DNA of 64,000 bases, from positions 544,001-608,000 of the forward strand of contig CAWIIQ010000001.1 of the NCBI GenBank assembly GCA_963836185.1. Direction: 5' to 3'. The notes beneath the pieces are model-generated. The model was not told the DNA's origin and searched no databases. It worked only from the letters and a program-made list of their open reading frames with translations. The position numbers and the translations under genes are program-made. The first letter of the stretch is position 1; each line of letters opens with the position of its first letter. This document shows positions 42,651 to 52,123 of the stretch, piece by piece. This DNA is from Candidatus Krumholzibacteriia bacterium. Lineage in GTDB: Bacteria; Krumholzibacteriota; Krumholzibacteriia; Krumholzibacteriales; Krumholzibacteriaceae.

Positions 42651-42672
42651 TTCCGATTGTTCGTGAGCCCTG

Positions 42673-43557
42673 TCACTGCGACAGTGTTGAGGAAGATTGT
42701 GCAGAATTCGAACCGAGTATGTCGAGTCCCTCTTCGAGCATCTTTTCCGCCTTTTTGTCTCTGACTTTCTGGCTTTTCGCCCCGAGCACGACTGCGATGG
42801 CCCTGTTATCTTCATCGACCGCTGTCGCCGCGATTGAAAAGCCGGCAGCCCAGAAAAAACCGGTCTTAAGCCCGTCACATCCCTCCATCGTTCGGAGCAG
42901 ATTGTTGTGGTTCTCCAGAAGGAAGGGCACCTCCGCCTCCGTCCTGAAGGGACGACGCCAGGTGGACGTGTATCTCAAAGCATCTGGCTTCTTAAGAAGC
43001 TCACGGCACAGCATTGCGATATCACGCGGAGTGGAGACATCGGGCCGCTGCCCCCTGCCAGGGGGGAGACCGTGCACCGAGTGGAAGACCGTATCCTTCA
43101 TCCCTATCTTCTTCGCGCGCTTGTTCATCAGATCCACGAAGACCTCTTTGCTGCCCATATAATGGATCGCGAGCGCCACTGCTGCATCATTCGCTGACTG
43201 GACCATCAGCGCATAAAGCATCTCATCGACGGAAAACACCTCATTATCCTTCAGGTATACCTGGGATCCGCCGATCGTGGAGGACGCGGCCGTCACCCTG
43301 ACAGGATCGTCGAAGGTCAGATGCTCGGCGTCTATGGCATCAAGGAGCAGGAGCAGCACCATCAGTTTCGTGATGCTTGCCGGATAGGCCCTGACGTCGG
43401 GCTTATCCTCAAAAAGCACATCTCCGGTCGCCGCATCGATCAAGATGGCGCCGGCATACGGATCCCTTGACACTATTTTCATTGAAGTTGCGGAGTCGGA
43501 GATGAATATCCCCATCAGGATGATGACGATAGTGATCAGTGTCATGTTCAGTTTCAT
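42673..43557 (-). CDS. D-alanyl-D-alanine carboxypeptidase (S11)
   Basis: PASITK (SxxK), SAND (SxN), GLKTG (KTG). Confidence 0.92.
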   Translation of the reverse strand: MKLNMTLITIVIILMGIFISDSATSMKIVSRDPYAGAILIDAATGDVLFEDKPDVRAYPASITKLMVLLLLLDAIDAEHLTFDDPVRVTAASSTIGGSQVYLKDNEVFSVDEMLYALMVQSANDAAVALAIHYMGSKEVFVDLMNKRAKKIGMKDTVFHSVHGLPPGRGQRPDVSTPRDIAMLCRELLKKPDALRYTSTWRRPFRTEAEVPFLLENHNNLLRTMEGCDGLKTGFFWAAGFSIAATAVDEDNRAIAVVLGAKSQKVRDKKAEKMLEEGLDILGSNSAQSSSTLSQ

Positions 43558-43765
43558 GAATTACGCCTTCGTTCCTTTGTCCGGTTCACTGTAATGACGG
43601 CGAAAGTGTATTGTACAGTCATAGCTAGCGTCAAGATAAGCTCTCATTCCACCGGGCGCCATAGCTACAGATCTATGATAGGGGAGACAGTGAGTGGAAC
43701 GGGTGGATACGGTTCCAGCTTGGGGACGCTGTTCGAAGGATCCCAAAATAGAATTGGCTCCCCAT

Positions 43766-44785
43766 TCAGGACTTGAACCTGATATTCAGGAATGCCGACA
43801 ATGTAGCGCTATTACTGCCGTAACCGTCATCAGGGCGGGTGGCCATATCGATCCGGAAATCTACGCGTTGCGATGAGAGTCCCACTCCTACGCCGAAGGT
43901 GGTATCACTGTATAATCGGCCGGACGCAACGCCGATTCTCAGGTACAGCATCTTAAGAAGTGACAGCTCAGAGGCGAAGCGAAACAGGCTTCCTTCATAG
44001 TCCTCTATGTAATCTGACTCGATATTTGTCATGATCGTGACCAGGGGTGCCTTGAATCCCAGGCGTTCGTTGATAGAATGAATACTTCTGCCTTCGTAGA
44101 GGAGTGTTATCCCCAGCCTGTAGGCCCATTGAGAGTCGTCGTTGTAATAGTAGACCATTTCCGGGTTGCAGAACTGGCTCAGCTTCAGCCGCCGGTTGAG
44201 GCTCCCGCCGAATGCGGCTATGGTCCTTCCTCCATCGCTGTTGTTGTGCAGATATCCTATCCTCGCTCCGTAATCCCATGCCCAGCCAGAAGCTGTGTTT
44301 TGTGTGGGAGCAGCGAACCATAAATATTCACAGCAGACATTATCAAGATTTCTCGCCGTAACCCCGAATCCCGCTATCAGTCCGTTGGCTGCATTCAACT
44401 CCAGGGCGCCTGTGAATCCTGTGTATCTATCGTCAGGACATTGATGGCCCTGGTAGAGATTTATACCGTGAGCCGCGGCTGCCAATCTGATAATGCTCCC
44501 GTCTGCGTCTAAATCAAAACCAGCTCCTGCCAGCCAGCTGATGTCGCTGTCTTCCTGGAAGAACGCTCCGTTGCTGGAGCCGGAGAGGTAAATCCCTTCG
44601 ATCGCTCCGATGACCGCCGGATTTCGGATCAGGTTCCAGGGATCATTTCCGTCAGCTATGCCGGTCGATCCCATTCCTGTCGATCTCGCCGATGGAACGT
44701 AACTCAATACATCCCAGCCACGGGCGGGGCGCGCTGATACGAGGAATCCTGCAAGGGTTGCCAGGATCAGGGCCGATCTCATCAT
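43766..44785 (-). CDS. PorV/PorQ-like outer membrane beta-barrel
   Basis: Signal peptide, SARSTGMG..G.A....D.....NPA N-terminal motif, LRIG..FGVGV, near-terminal Phe. Confidence 0.65.
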   Translation of the reverse strand: MMRSALILATLAGFLVSARPARGWDVLSYVPSARSTGMGSTGIADGNDPWNLIRNPAVIGAIEGIYLSGSSNGAFFQEDSDISWLAGAGFDLDADGSIIRLAAAAHGINLYQGHQCPDDRYTGFTGALELNAANGLIAGFGVTARNLDNVCCEYLWFAAPTQNTASGWAWDYGARIGYLHNNSDGGRTIAAFGGSLNRRLKLSQFCNPEMVYYYNDDSQWAYRLGITLLYEGRSIHSINERLGFKAPLVTIMTNIESDYIEDYEGSLFRFASELSLLKMLYLRIGVASGRLYSDTTFGVGVGLSSQRVDFRIDMATRPDDGYGSNSATLSAFLNIRFKS

Positions 44786-44972
44786 CTGGACCCACTCTTC
44801 CCCAGGGGATAGATGTCAATACAGGGGAGTAATCAGGGGATTCAGGGGGGTTCCGCTTACATGAATATTGTATGAGACAGGCCAGCCAGCGTCAATGACA
44901 TTAATTGCCCGTTTGCCAGTTTCCATCTTTCTGCTATCCTCTCTAACCGAGTCCGGAATCTTGGAGGAAAAA

Positions 44973-46973
44973 ATGAATATGATGACGAAGAGGGCGGCAT
45001 GCGCCCTCATGCTGACACTTGTTCTGGCTGCTTCGGCTGCGGGTGCGGGAGCGAAGGAACCATTGACCATAGGTGAAATGTTCAGGATCCGGCAGGTGTC
45101 CTCGCCGGTGATATCGCCCGGTGGCAGGTACATAGCCTACGTGGTAGAGGAACCGGCAGATACGCTCAAGGATCAGAGAACAGGGAACCCCGACATCTGG
45201 GTGATCGATCTCGAGGACAGAGACCATCCGAGGCAGTTCGCTTTCAGCTGTTCGCGCGAGACCTCGCCGGCATGGTCTCTGGATGACTTGTATCTCTACT
45301 TCCTCTCGGACAGGGGGGATGAGAAGAAGACACAGGTCTGGAGGATCGCCGTATCAGGTGGAGAGGCCGAGCAGGTGACATCGCTCGAAGGGGGCGCCGT
45401 ATCTTTCGCGCTCAGCCCTGACGGATCGAAGCTGGCGGTAACCTCCGGAATGGGTGAGACCGCTGAAGAGAAAAGGGCTCGCTCAGAGGGCAGCGACTGG
45501 AAGATCGTGGGAGAGGACAGGACCATTCACCGCCTGTGGATCGTCGACATTGAAACGGGGGAGTCCAGCCCCGTCACTCCCGAGGGATTCCACGTCTCTT
45601 CGGCTTCGTGGTCGCCCGCAGGCAGCGAGCTCGCGATGATAACGGCCGATGCTTCTGGGAGCAACGAGACATACTTCAATTCGAGGCTCGAACTGCTCGA
45701 TCTCTCCGACCGCAGCATCGATCTTGTAACGGGTAACGCGCGCGGAAACCCTTCCTGGTCACATGACGGAAAACGCATCGCCTTTATATACAGGCAGAGA
45801 CTCGAGGGGAACACTCTTCCGGCCGGCATCGTGGCAGTAATAAATACAGACGGCACCGGCTTGAAGCTCCTCGGTGAGCGCCACGAGGGGACCCTCGTCA
45901 ACCCGGTCTGGATGCAGAAGGACGAAAAACTTCTCGTGATCAATCTCAACGGCGTCCGCGGAGAGCTCGCTACCGTATCGGTCGGCGATTCGAAGGTCGA
46001 GAGGATCGAGGAACTCGATATCCCCTATTACCTGCGCAAGTCGTTCGATATATCGCGCGACGGTTCGAGGATCGTCTTCCTGAAGGGGAGCGCCAAGTCG
46101 CCCCCCGAGGTCTGGCTCTGGGAGAGTGGCCTTTTGAAGGGAAGCGACCAGCTGACACGCATTCACAGGTGGCTCGAGGAGAAGGAACTGCCCGAGGCGA
46201 AGGTGGTAAGGTGGAAGAGCCGAGACGGTACCGAGATCGAAGGGGTACTGTGGCTTCCTGGCGGATTCAGGAAAGACGGGTCATATCCCGCAGTGGTCAA
46301 TGTACACGGTGGCCCCATGTGGGCATGGTGGTACGGGTGGCACGGCAACTGGCACGACTGGGCGATTCCTCTGGCGTCCCGCGGCTTTGTCGTCCTTCTG
46401 CCCAACCCGAGGGGGAGCATGGGGTACGGCCCGGGGTTTGCCAGAGCGAACTTCGACGACTGGGGCGGCGGCGACTACGAGGATGTGATCTCAGGCGCTG
46501 ATTTTCTCGTAAGCGAAGGGTACGCCTCGCGGGAGAGGCTCGGCATCGGCGGCTGGAGCTATGGGGGATTCATGGCCTCTTGGGCCGTTACGAAGACCGC
46601 CCGTTTTTCGGCGGCCGTAGTCGGCGCCGCCGTGACGAACCTCTTCAGTTTCCACGGCACGACTGATATCACCCCGACATTCCTCGAGGAATACTTCAGG
46701 GAGGTCGCCTACAAGAGGGCGGAGGCGTACAGGAGCCACTCCCCGGTCGAGTTCGTTACAGGTTCGAGGACCCCGACGCTAGTGCTCCACGGCGAGAACG
46801 ACGCGCGCGTCCCCGTTTCTCAAGGGTATGAGTTCTATAACGGGCTGAAGCAGTCAGGCGTCGAAGTCGAGATGGTCGTCTATCCCCGCGAGGGGCACGG
46901 ATTCAGGGAGATACGCCACCAGATCGACCTTATCGAGCGGGTCGTCGGCTGGTTCGAGCTCCATCTGAAATAA
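44973..46973 (+). CDS. S9 prolyl oligopeptidase/acylaminoacyl peptidase
   Basis: HGGP, NPRGS.GYG, GWSYGG, D.RVP, EGH; signal peptide; RBS GGAGG. Confidence 0.93.
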   Translation: MNMMTKRAACALMLTLVLAASAAGAGAKEPLTIGEMFRIRQVSSPVISPGGRYIAYVVEEPADTLKDQRTGNPDIWVIDLEDRDHPRQFAFSCSRETSPAWSLDDLYLYFLSDRGDEKKTQVWRIAVSGGEAEQVTSLEGGAVSFALSPDGSKLAVTSGMGETAEEKRARSEGSDWKIVGEDRTIHRLWIVDIETGESSPVTPEGFHVSSASWSPAGSELAMITADASGSNETYFNSRLELLDLSDRSIDLVTGNARGNPSWSHDGKRIAFIYRQRLEGNTLPAGIVAVINTDGTGLKLLGERHEGTLVNPVWMQKDEKLLVINLNGVRGELATVSVGDSKVERIEELDIPYYLRKSFDISRDGSRIVFLKGSAKSPPEVWLWESGLLKGSDQLTRIHRWLEEKELPEAKVVRWKSRDGTEIEGVLWLPGGFRKDGSYPAVVNVHGGPMWAWWYGWHGNWHDWAIPLASRGFVVLLPNPRGSMGYGPGFARANFDDWGGGDYEDVISGADFLVSEGYASRERLGIGGWSYGGFMASWAVTKTARFSAAVVGAAVTNLFSFHGTTDITPTFLEEYFREVAYKRAEAYRSHSPVEFVTGSRTPTLVLHGENDARVPVSQGYEFYNGLKQSGVEVEMVVYPREGHGFREIRHQIDLIERVVGWFELHLK

Positions 46974-47090
46974 TCGGTCGATTTATCCCGCAGGACCGAT
47001 AAAACGGGTTGAGTAATCTGCGCCGGAGTTGTAGACTCCATCTTTTCCGGTAGCACCACATAACAACCAGCCACCCCTCGGAGGTCTCAC

Positions 47091-48542
47091 ATGAGCGGTC
47101 TCTTCGGCGTTGTTTCCAGTGAAAGATGCAGCGAGTATCTCCTCTATGGAACCGATTACCATTCGCACCTCGGGACGCAGTTCGGCGGCGCGGCGGTTCT
47201 AGGTGAAGATTTCGAGAGGCAGATCCACAACATAAGCAACAATCAGTTCAAGTCGAAGTTCGCCGAGGACCTCCTTGCCATGAAGGGCGGGATGGGGATC
47301 GGCGTCATCAGCGCGTCCGAAGAGCAGCCGATCTATATTAATTCAAAGTTCGGCCCCTTCTGCATAGTGACCGACGGATATCTCGACAATGCCCACGAGC
47401 TGACCGAGGAGCTTCTCGCCGAGGGTGTGACCTTCAGCGAGGTCGGCGACGGTATCGTCAACTTCACCGAGCTGGTAGCCAAGCTGATCACGAAAGGCGA
47501 CTCGATCCCCGACGGAATTACGAAGATGTTCGAGCGGATAGACGGCTCTATCTGCCTGCTTATGCTGCACGGCGACGGCATATACGCCGCCCGTGACAGG
47601 CTCGGTTATTTCTCGCTGGCGGTCGGCCAGAACAAGGACGGCTGGGCGGTCAGTTCGGAGACGACGGCTTTTCCCAACCTCGATTTCGAACTGATGAAAT
47701 TCCTCCGGCCAGGAGAGGTCCTTCTGCTCGGCCCGAACGGGCTCAGGCAGGAAAAAGAAGGGCACGATGATCAGCAGACATGCGCCTTCCTCTGGATATA
47801 CACAGGTTTTCCAGCCTCGTTCTACGAGGGGATCAACGTCGAGACGGTCCGCGAAAGGTCGGGCAGGGCGATGGCCAGAAAGGACAGCGATATCGAGGTC
47901 GACGTGGTCGCGGGAATACCCGACTCGGGGACCTCTCACGCTATAGGGTACGCGATGGAATCGGGGAAGCCGTACAGGCGTCCCCTCGTAAAATATACGC
48001 CTGGATACGGCCGCAGCTACATTCCGCCGTCTCAGGACATTCGTGACCATGTTGCCAAGATGAAGCTCGTGCCGAACAAGGCGATCATCGACGGGAACAG
48101 GATCATCATCTGCGAGGATTCGATCGTGCGCGGGACGCAGCTGAAGAACTTTACCGTCAAGAAGCTCGTAGCCGACGGCGCGAAGGAGATCCACGTGCGG
48201 CCCGCATGCCCGCCGCTGATGTTCCCCTGCCGTTTCAACCTCTCGACCCGCGATATCGACGAGCTTGCCGCCCGCAAGGCGATAAGGGATATCGAGGGCA
48301 GCGACATAGCGGACATCTCGGAGTATCTCGATCCGTCAACCGAGAAGTACGCGAAGATGATCGACTGGATCCGCAAGGATATCGAGGTCACCACGCTTCG
48401 CTACCAGACGATAGAGGACATGGTCGAGGCGATAGGTGTCCCGAAGGAGAAGCTCTGCCTCTACTGCTGGAACGGCGAGTACCCGGAGCCCGGTTCGGGC
48501 TGCGCCGGGTGCGGCAAGGAAGAGGTCGGCGCCAAAGCGTGA
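47091..48542 (+). CDS. purF: Amidophosphoribosyltransferase-like protein (PurF, Cys1-to-Ser variant)
   Basis: QP, ARDRLG, SSE, GIPDSG, EDSIVRGTQ PRPP motif, Fe-S cysteines (CAF, PCRF, CLYCW); N-terminus MSGLFG. Confidence 0.9.
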   Translation: MSGLFGVVSSERCSEYLLYGTDYHSHLGTQFGGAAVLGEDFERQIHNISNNQFKSKFAEDLLAMKGGMGIGVISASEEQPIYINSKFGPFCIVTDGYLDNAHELTEELLAEGVTFSEVGDGIVNFTELVAKLITKGDSIPDGITKMFERIDGSICLLMLHGDGIYAARDRLGYFSLAVGQNKDGWAVSSETTAFPNLDFELMKFLRPGEVLLLGPNGLRQEKEGHDDQQTCAFLWIYTGFPASFYEGINVETVRERSGRAMARKDSDIEVDVVAGIPDSGTSHAIGYAMESGKPYRRPLVKYTPGYGRSYIPPSQDIRDHVAKMKLVPNKAIIDGNRIIICEDSIVRGTQLKNFTVKKLVADGAKEIHVRPACPPLMFPCRFNLSTRDIDELAARKAIRDIEGSDIADISEYLDPSTEKYAKMIDWIRKDIEVTTLRYQTIEDMVEAIGVPKEKLCLYCWNGEYPEPGSGCAGCGKEEVGAKA

Positions 48543-48577
48543 CGGCCGGAGAGGCCTGCTTGAAGTGAGGTGATCTT

Positions 48578-49084
48578 ATGGCGATACGGGAGATCCTTCA
48601 ACTCGGCAACCCGGACCTGTACGATATCTCTATCGAGGTCGAGAAGGATGAACTCGACCTTATGAGGGATATCGTATCCGACCTTGCGGACACGATGTTC
48701 GCTTTCCGCGAGAAGTACGGGGTGGGGCAAGCGATTGCGGCCCCCCAGATCGGCGTGCGCAAGCGGATGGTCTACATGAACACCGGCGAACCTGTCGTTC
48801 TGCTCAATCCCGAGATAACGAAGAAGAGCATCGAGATGATGGAGGTCTGGGACGACTGCATGAGTTTTCCCGAACTGCTCGTCAGGGTGCGGCGGCACAG
48901 ATCGATAACCGTCGCTTACAGGGACCTCGAGTGGAATGAGAAGGAACTAGAGGCCGAAGATGAACTCTCCGAACTACTGCAGCACGAGATCGATCATCTC
49001 GACGGGGTGCTGGCCGTGATGAGGGCCACGGACGAGCATTCGTTCGTAACGAGAAGCGAAAGGTGGCGGGTCAAGGGTCAGTGA
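48578..49084 (+). CDS. def: Peptide deformylase
   Basis: AIAAPQIG, DDCMS (variant of EGCLS), QHEIDHLDG. Confidence 0.92.
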   Translation: MAIREILQLGNPDLYDISIEVEKDELDLMRDIVSDLADTMFAFREKYGVGQAIAAPQIGVRKRMVYMNTGEPVVLLNPEITKKSIEMMEVWDDCMSFPELLVRVRRHRSITVAYRDLEWNEKELEAEDELSELLQHEIDHLDGVLAVMRATDEHSFVTRSERWRVKGQ

Positions 49085-49087
49085 TCC

Positions 49088-49864
49088 CTATTCCTCGTCC
49101 CGTTTTTCAAGCTCTGTTACCAGTGCGGCCACGACTTCCTCGGCAATATCTACGAGCAGGACCTTGTTGAGTGATTCCCCTTTGTGATTTTCCACCGCCG
49201 AGATGACTGCGGCTGCCGATTCTTCCGCTCCTATACCGCCGTCGACATATCCCAGCCCGGGAATGGCCGCTGTCTCCGCCTCGAGCTCTTCAGCTTCCTT
49301 CAGAGCCGATGACAGGGCGGCGGTCACAGATCCGGCCGTGATCGCGCCCGAGCCGTCCCTGACGGCTGCGTGGATCACATTTTCCGCGGTGAGGCTGCCT
49401 GATCCCGTAGATACGGCGCTGCCCGCTGCGATCGGAGCCTTTTCCTTCGATTCCTTTTCGATCTCTTCGCCACCTGCATCCCTCACCGCTGCCGCGGCTC
49501 CTGCCGCCATGCTGCCGTCAGGTTCGACGGGGGTGACTATCGCGTCGGAGAAGACCTCCGTGATATCGGAGAGGCGGACCTCAACGCCGATCTCGCCGAT
49601 CGATGTGATGTACCTGTTCTCGTCCATCGCTATCCCGGCGAGGATCACGTCGGGGCGCTTCTTGAAATCGGCGATCATCGCCTCTCCCTTTCGGCCCGCA
49701 TAGCCCGCCGCCCTGAATACTTCCGATGGATCTATTTCGCCCTTCTCCCAGGCCGCTATCTTCTCCGAGAGGGGCCCGATGAGCTCGCCGGATCTCCTGC
49801 GCCTCATACGCTCTATGAATTCCTTCTTTCTTATATCCCGGGGGTCGTCGTCGAAAAGCATCAT
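49088..49864 (-). CDS. Macro-domain protein with N-terminal helical extension
   Basis: DIT...DAIV, AGGEEI, G.AV.TG.G.L....VIHA, AIPGLG; RBS GGAGG. Confidence 0.8.
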   Translation of the reverse strand: MMLFDDDPRDIRKKEFIERMRRRRSGELIGPLSEKIAAWEKGEIDPSEVFRAAGYAGRKGEAMIADFKKRPDVILAGIAMDENRYITSIGEIGVEVRLSDITEVFSDAIVTPVEPDGSMAAGAAAAVRDAGGEEIEKESKEKAPIAAGSAVSTGSGSLTAENVIHAAVRDGSGAITAGSVTAALSSALKEAEELEAETAAIPGLGYVDGGIGAEESAAAVISAVENHKGESLNKVLLVDIAEEVVAALVTELEKRDEE

Positions 49865-49965
49865 TTCCTCCATTTTGGGTCTTTTCACAATCCGCCGCAG
49901 ATTATATCCTATCGGGACTGCGGCAGAAAGCCGCAAGTGAAAGCACCGTATCGAAAGGAGCTGGA

Positions 49966-52051
49966 ATGAGAAGGATATCAGTTCTTCTGATAGCGATAGC
50001 GCTGGCGGCAGCGGTCGCTTCCCCGGCGGCGGCCGAGGGAAAGAAGCCCTGGACGCCGGACGACCTGTGGAGACTCAAAAGGGTCGGAGGCAACCAGGTC
50101 TCGCCCGACGGCAAATGGATCGCCTATGTCGTGAGCGTGACCGATTTCGAAGAGAACAGGGGTAATTCGGATATCTGGATCATCCCGGCCGAAGGCGGAG
50201 AGCCGCGCAGGATGACCACGAGCCCCAAGAGCGACAACCACCCTCGCTGGTCGCCCGATGGTAAAAGAATCGCATTTCTATCCTCGCGAGGCGACTCGAG
50301 GCAGATCTACATCCTGCCGGTGCGGGGGGGAGAGGCAAGGCAGGCAACCGATATCTACGGCGGCGTGGGCGACTTCATCTGGACGCATGACGGGACCGGG
50401 TTCATCTTCACTGCGCGCACCTATCCCGGATGCGAGGATTTCGACTGCGTAAAAGAGAAGGACGAAGAGAAGGAGGAGTGCAAGGTCTCCGCGATGGTCC
50501 ACAAGAGCCTGATGTACAGGCACTGGGACACGTACGAGGACGGTAAGGTCCAGCATCTCTTCCATATCGCCGCCGAGGACGGCGAACCACGAAATCTTAC
50601 TCCGGACCTGAAGTTCGACGCGCTGACCTATTGGCTCGCTTCGGCGGGGAGGGAGTTCGAGCTCAGTCCCGACGGAAAGACGGTATACTTCGCCGGGAAG
50701 CAGGACGAGGACCAGGCCGTCTCGTACAACGAGGAGATCTGGATGGTCCCCTTCGACGGCGGCGAGGTCACCAGGGTGACATCGAATCCGGCCGCCGACA
50801 GCCATCCCCGCGTATCCCCCGACGGAAAGTATCTCGCGTACCGCGCGACACGAAGGCCGGGATACGAATCGGACAGGTACGAACTGACCGTTATCAAGCT
50901 CCCCGATGGAGAGCCGGTATCGCTGACTCCCGATTACGACCGCAGCGTCGGCTCGTTCTTCTGGTCGCATGACGGGAAGAAGATCTACTTCACCGCCGAG
51001 GACCGGGCCGACATCAACCTCTTCAGCGTTTCGGCGAAGGGTGGCAAGGTCGAGACCGTGATCGGAGGCAAGGGGGATGTGGGGCGAGGTTATCATCTCA
51101 GCGTGCAGCCGGGCCCGAAGGACAAGTTCTTCACATATCTCTACAGGCCGATGGTCCACTACTACGAGATATTCCGCTGCAACAGCAAGGGCGGCGGAGT
51201 CAAGAAACTCACCGGCGTCAATGACGATCTCTATGCCGAATATCATTTCCCCGACGCGGAGGAGATGTGGTTCGAGGGCGCGGAGGGAGCGAAGGTCCAC
51301 GGATTTCTCGTAAAGCCGATGAACTTCGATCCGGGCAGGACCTATCCGCTGCTCGTACGGATCCACGGCGGGCCGCAGCAGATGTTCGGGTATGCGTACA
51401 GGACGGAGTACGCCGTCTTCTCCGGCGCCGACTATGCCGTCTTCTTCTGCAACCCGCGCGGGTCCACGGGGTACGGCCAGGAGTTCTGCGACGGTATCAA
51501 CGGCGACTGGGGCGGCAAGGTGATCGAGGATATCAAGAAGCGGCGTACGCCACGTCCTGGCGAACTACGACTGGGTCGATGGCAGCAAGGTCGCCGGCTG
51601 GGGCGGATCGTTCGGCGGATTCGTCTGCAACTGGCTGCAGGGGCACAACGAGGACAAGATGTTCTCGGTCCTCGTCACCCATGCGGGCGAGGCCGATCAG
51701 TGGAGCTCATACGGCTCGACCGAAGAGCTGTGGTTCCCCGAGTGGGAGTTCTTCGGAGCGCCGTGGGACAAGCCGGAGCTCAATGACCTCTACTCGCCGA
51801 TACGGTACGCGAAGAACTTTTCTACTCCTCACCTGATAATCCACGGCGAACTCGACTTCCGCGTTCCGATCACAGGCGGCGAGCAGATGTTCACGGCGCT
51901 GCAGCGCCTCGGAGTGCCGTCGAAGATGATCAGGTACCCGGACGAGAACCACTGGATCATGCAGCCTCATAACGCGCGCTTCTGGTACGCGTCGATACTG
52001 GACTGGTGCGAGCAGTGGCTCCGTCGCGATGGAGCTGAGAAGGAAGAATAA
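49966..52051 (+). CDS. S9 family peptidase (frameshift near 51540)
   Basis: Propeller plus IHGGPQ in ORF 49966; GGSFGG, DFRVP and ENHW in the frame of ORF 51659. Confidence 0.9.
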
Positions 52052-52053
52052 AG

Positions 52054-52122
52054 AAACGGCCGGCTTTACCCTCGGTCTCCCCGGAGGAACCGAGGTCGAC
52101 TACGGGTAAAGCCGGCCGTTTT
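52054..52122. terminator. Long bidirectional hairpin with internal REP-like core
   Basis: AAACGGCCGGCTTTACCC...GGGTAAAGCCGGCCGTTTT between convergent genes. Confidence 0.75.
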
Positions 52123-52123
52123 G

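Noticed and set aside
46974-47090. Purine/ZTP/PRPP riboswitch before purF
   Set aside because: The region is short and I could not match any consensus.
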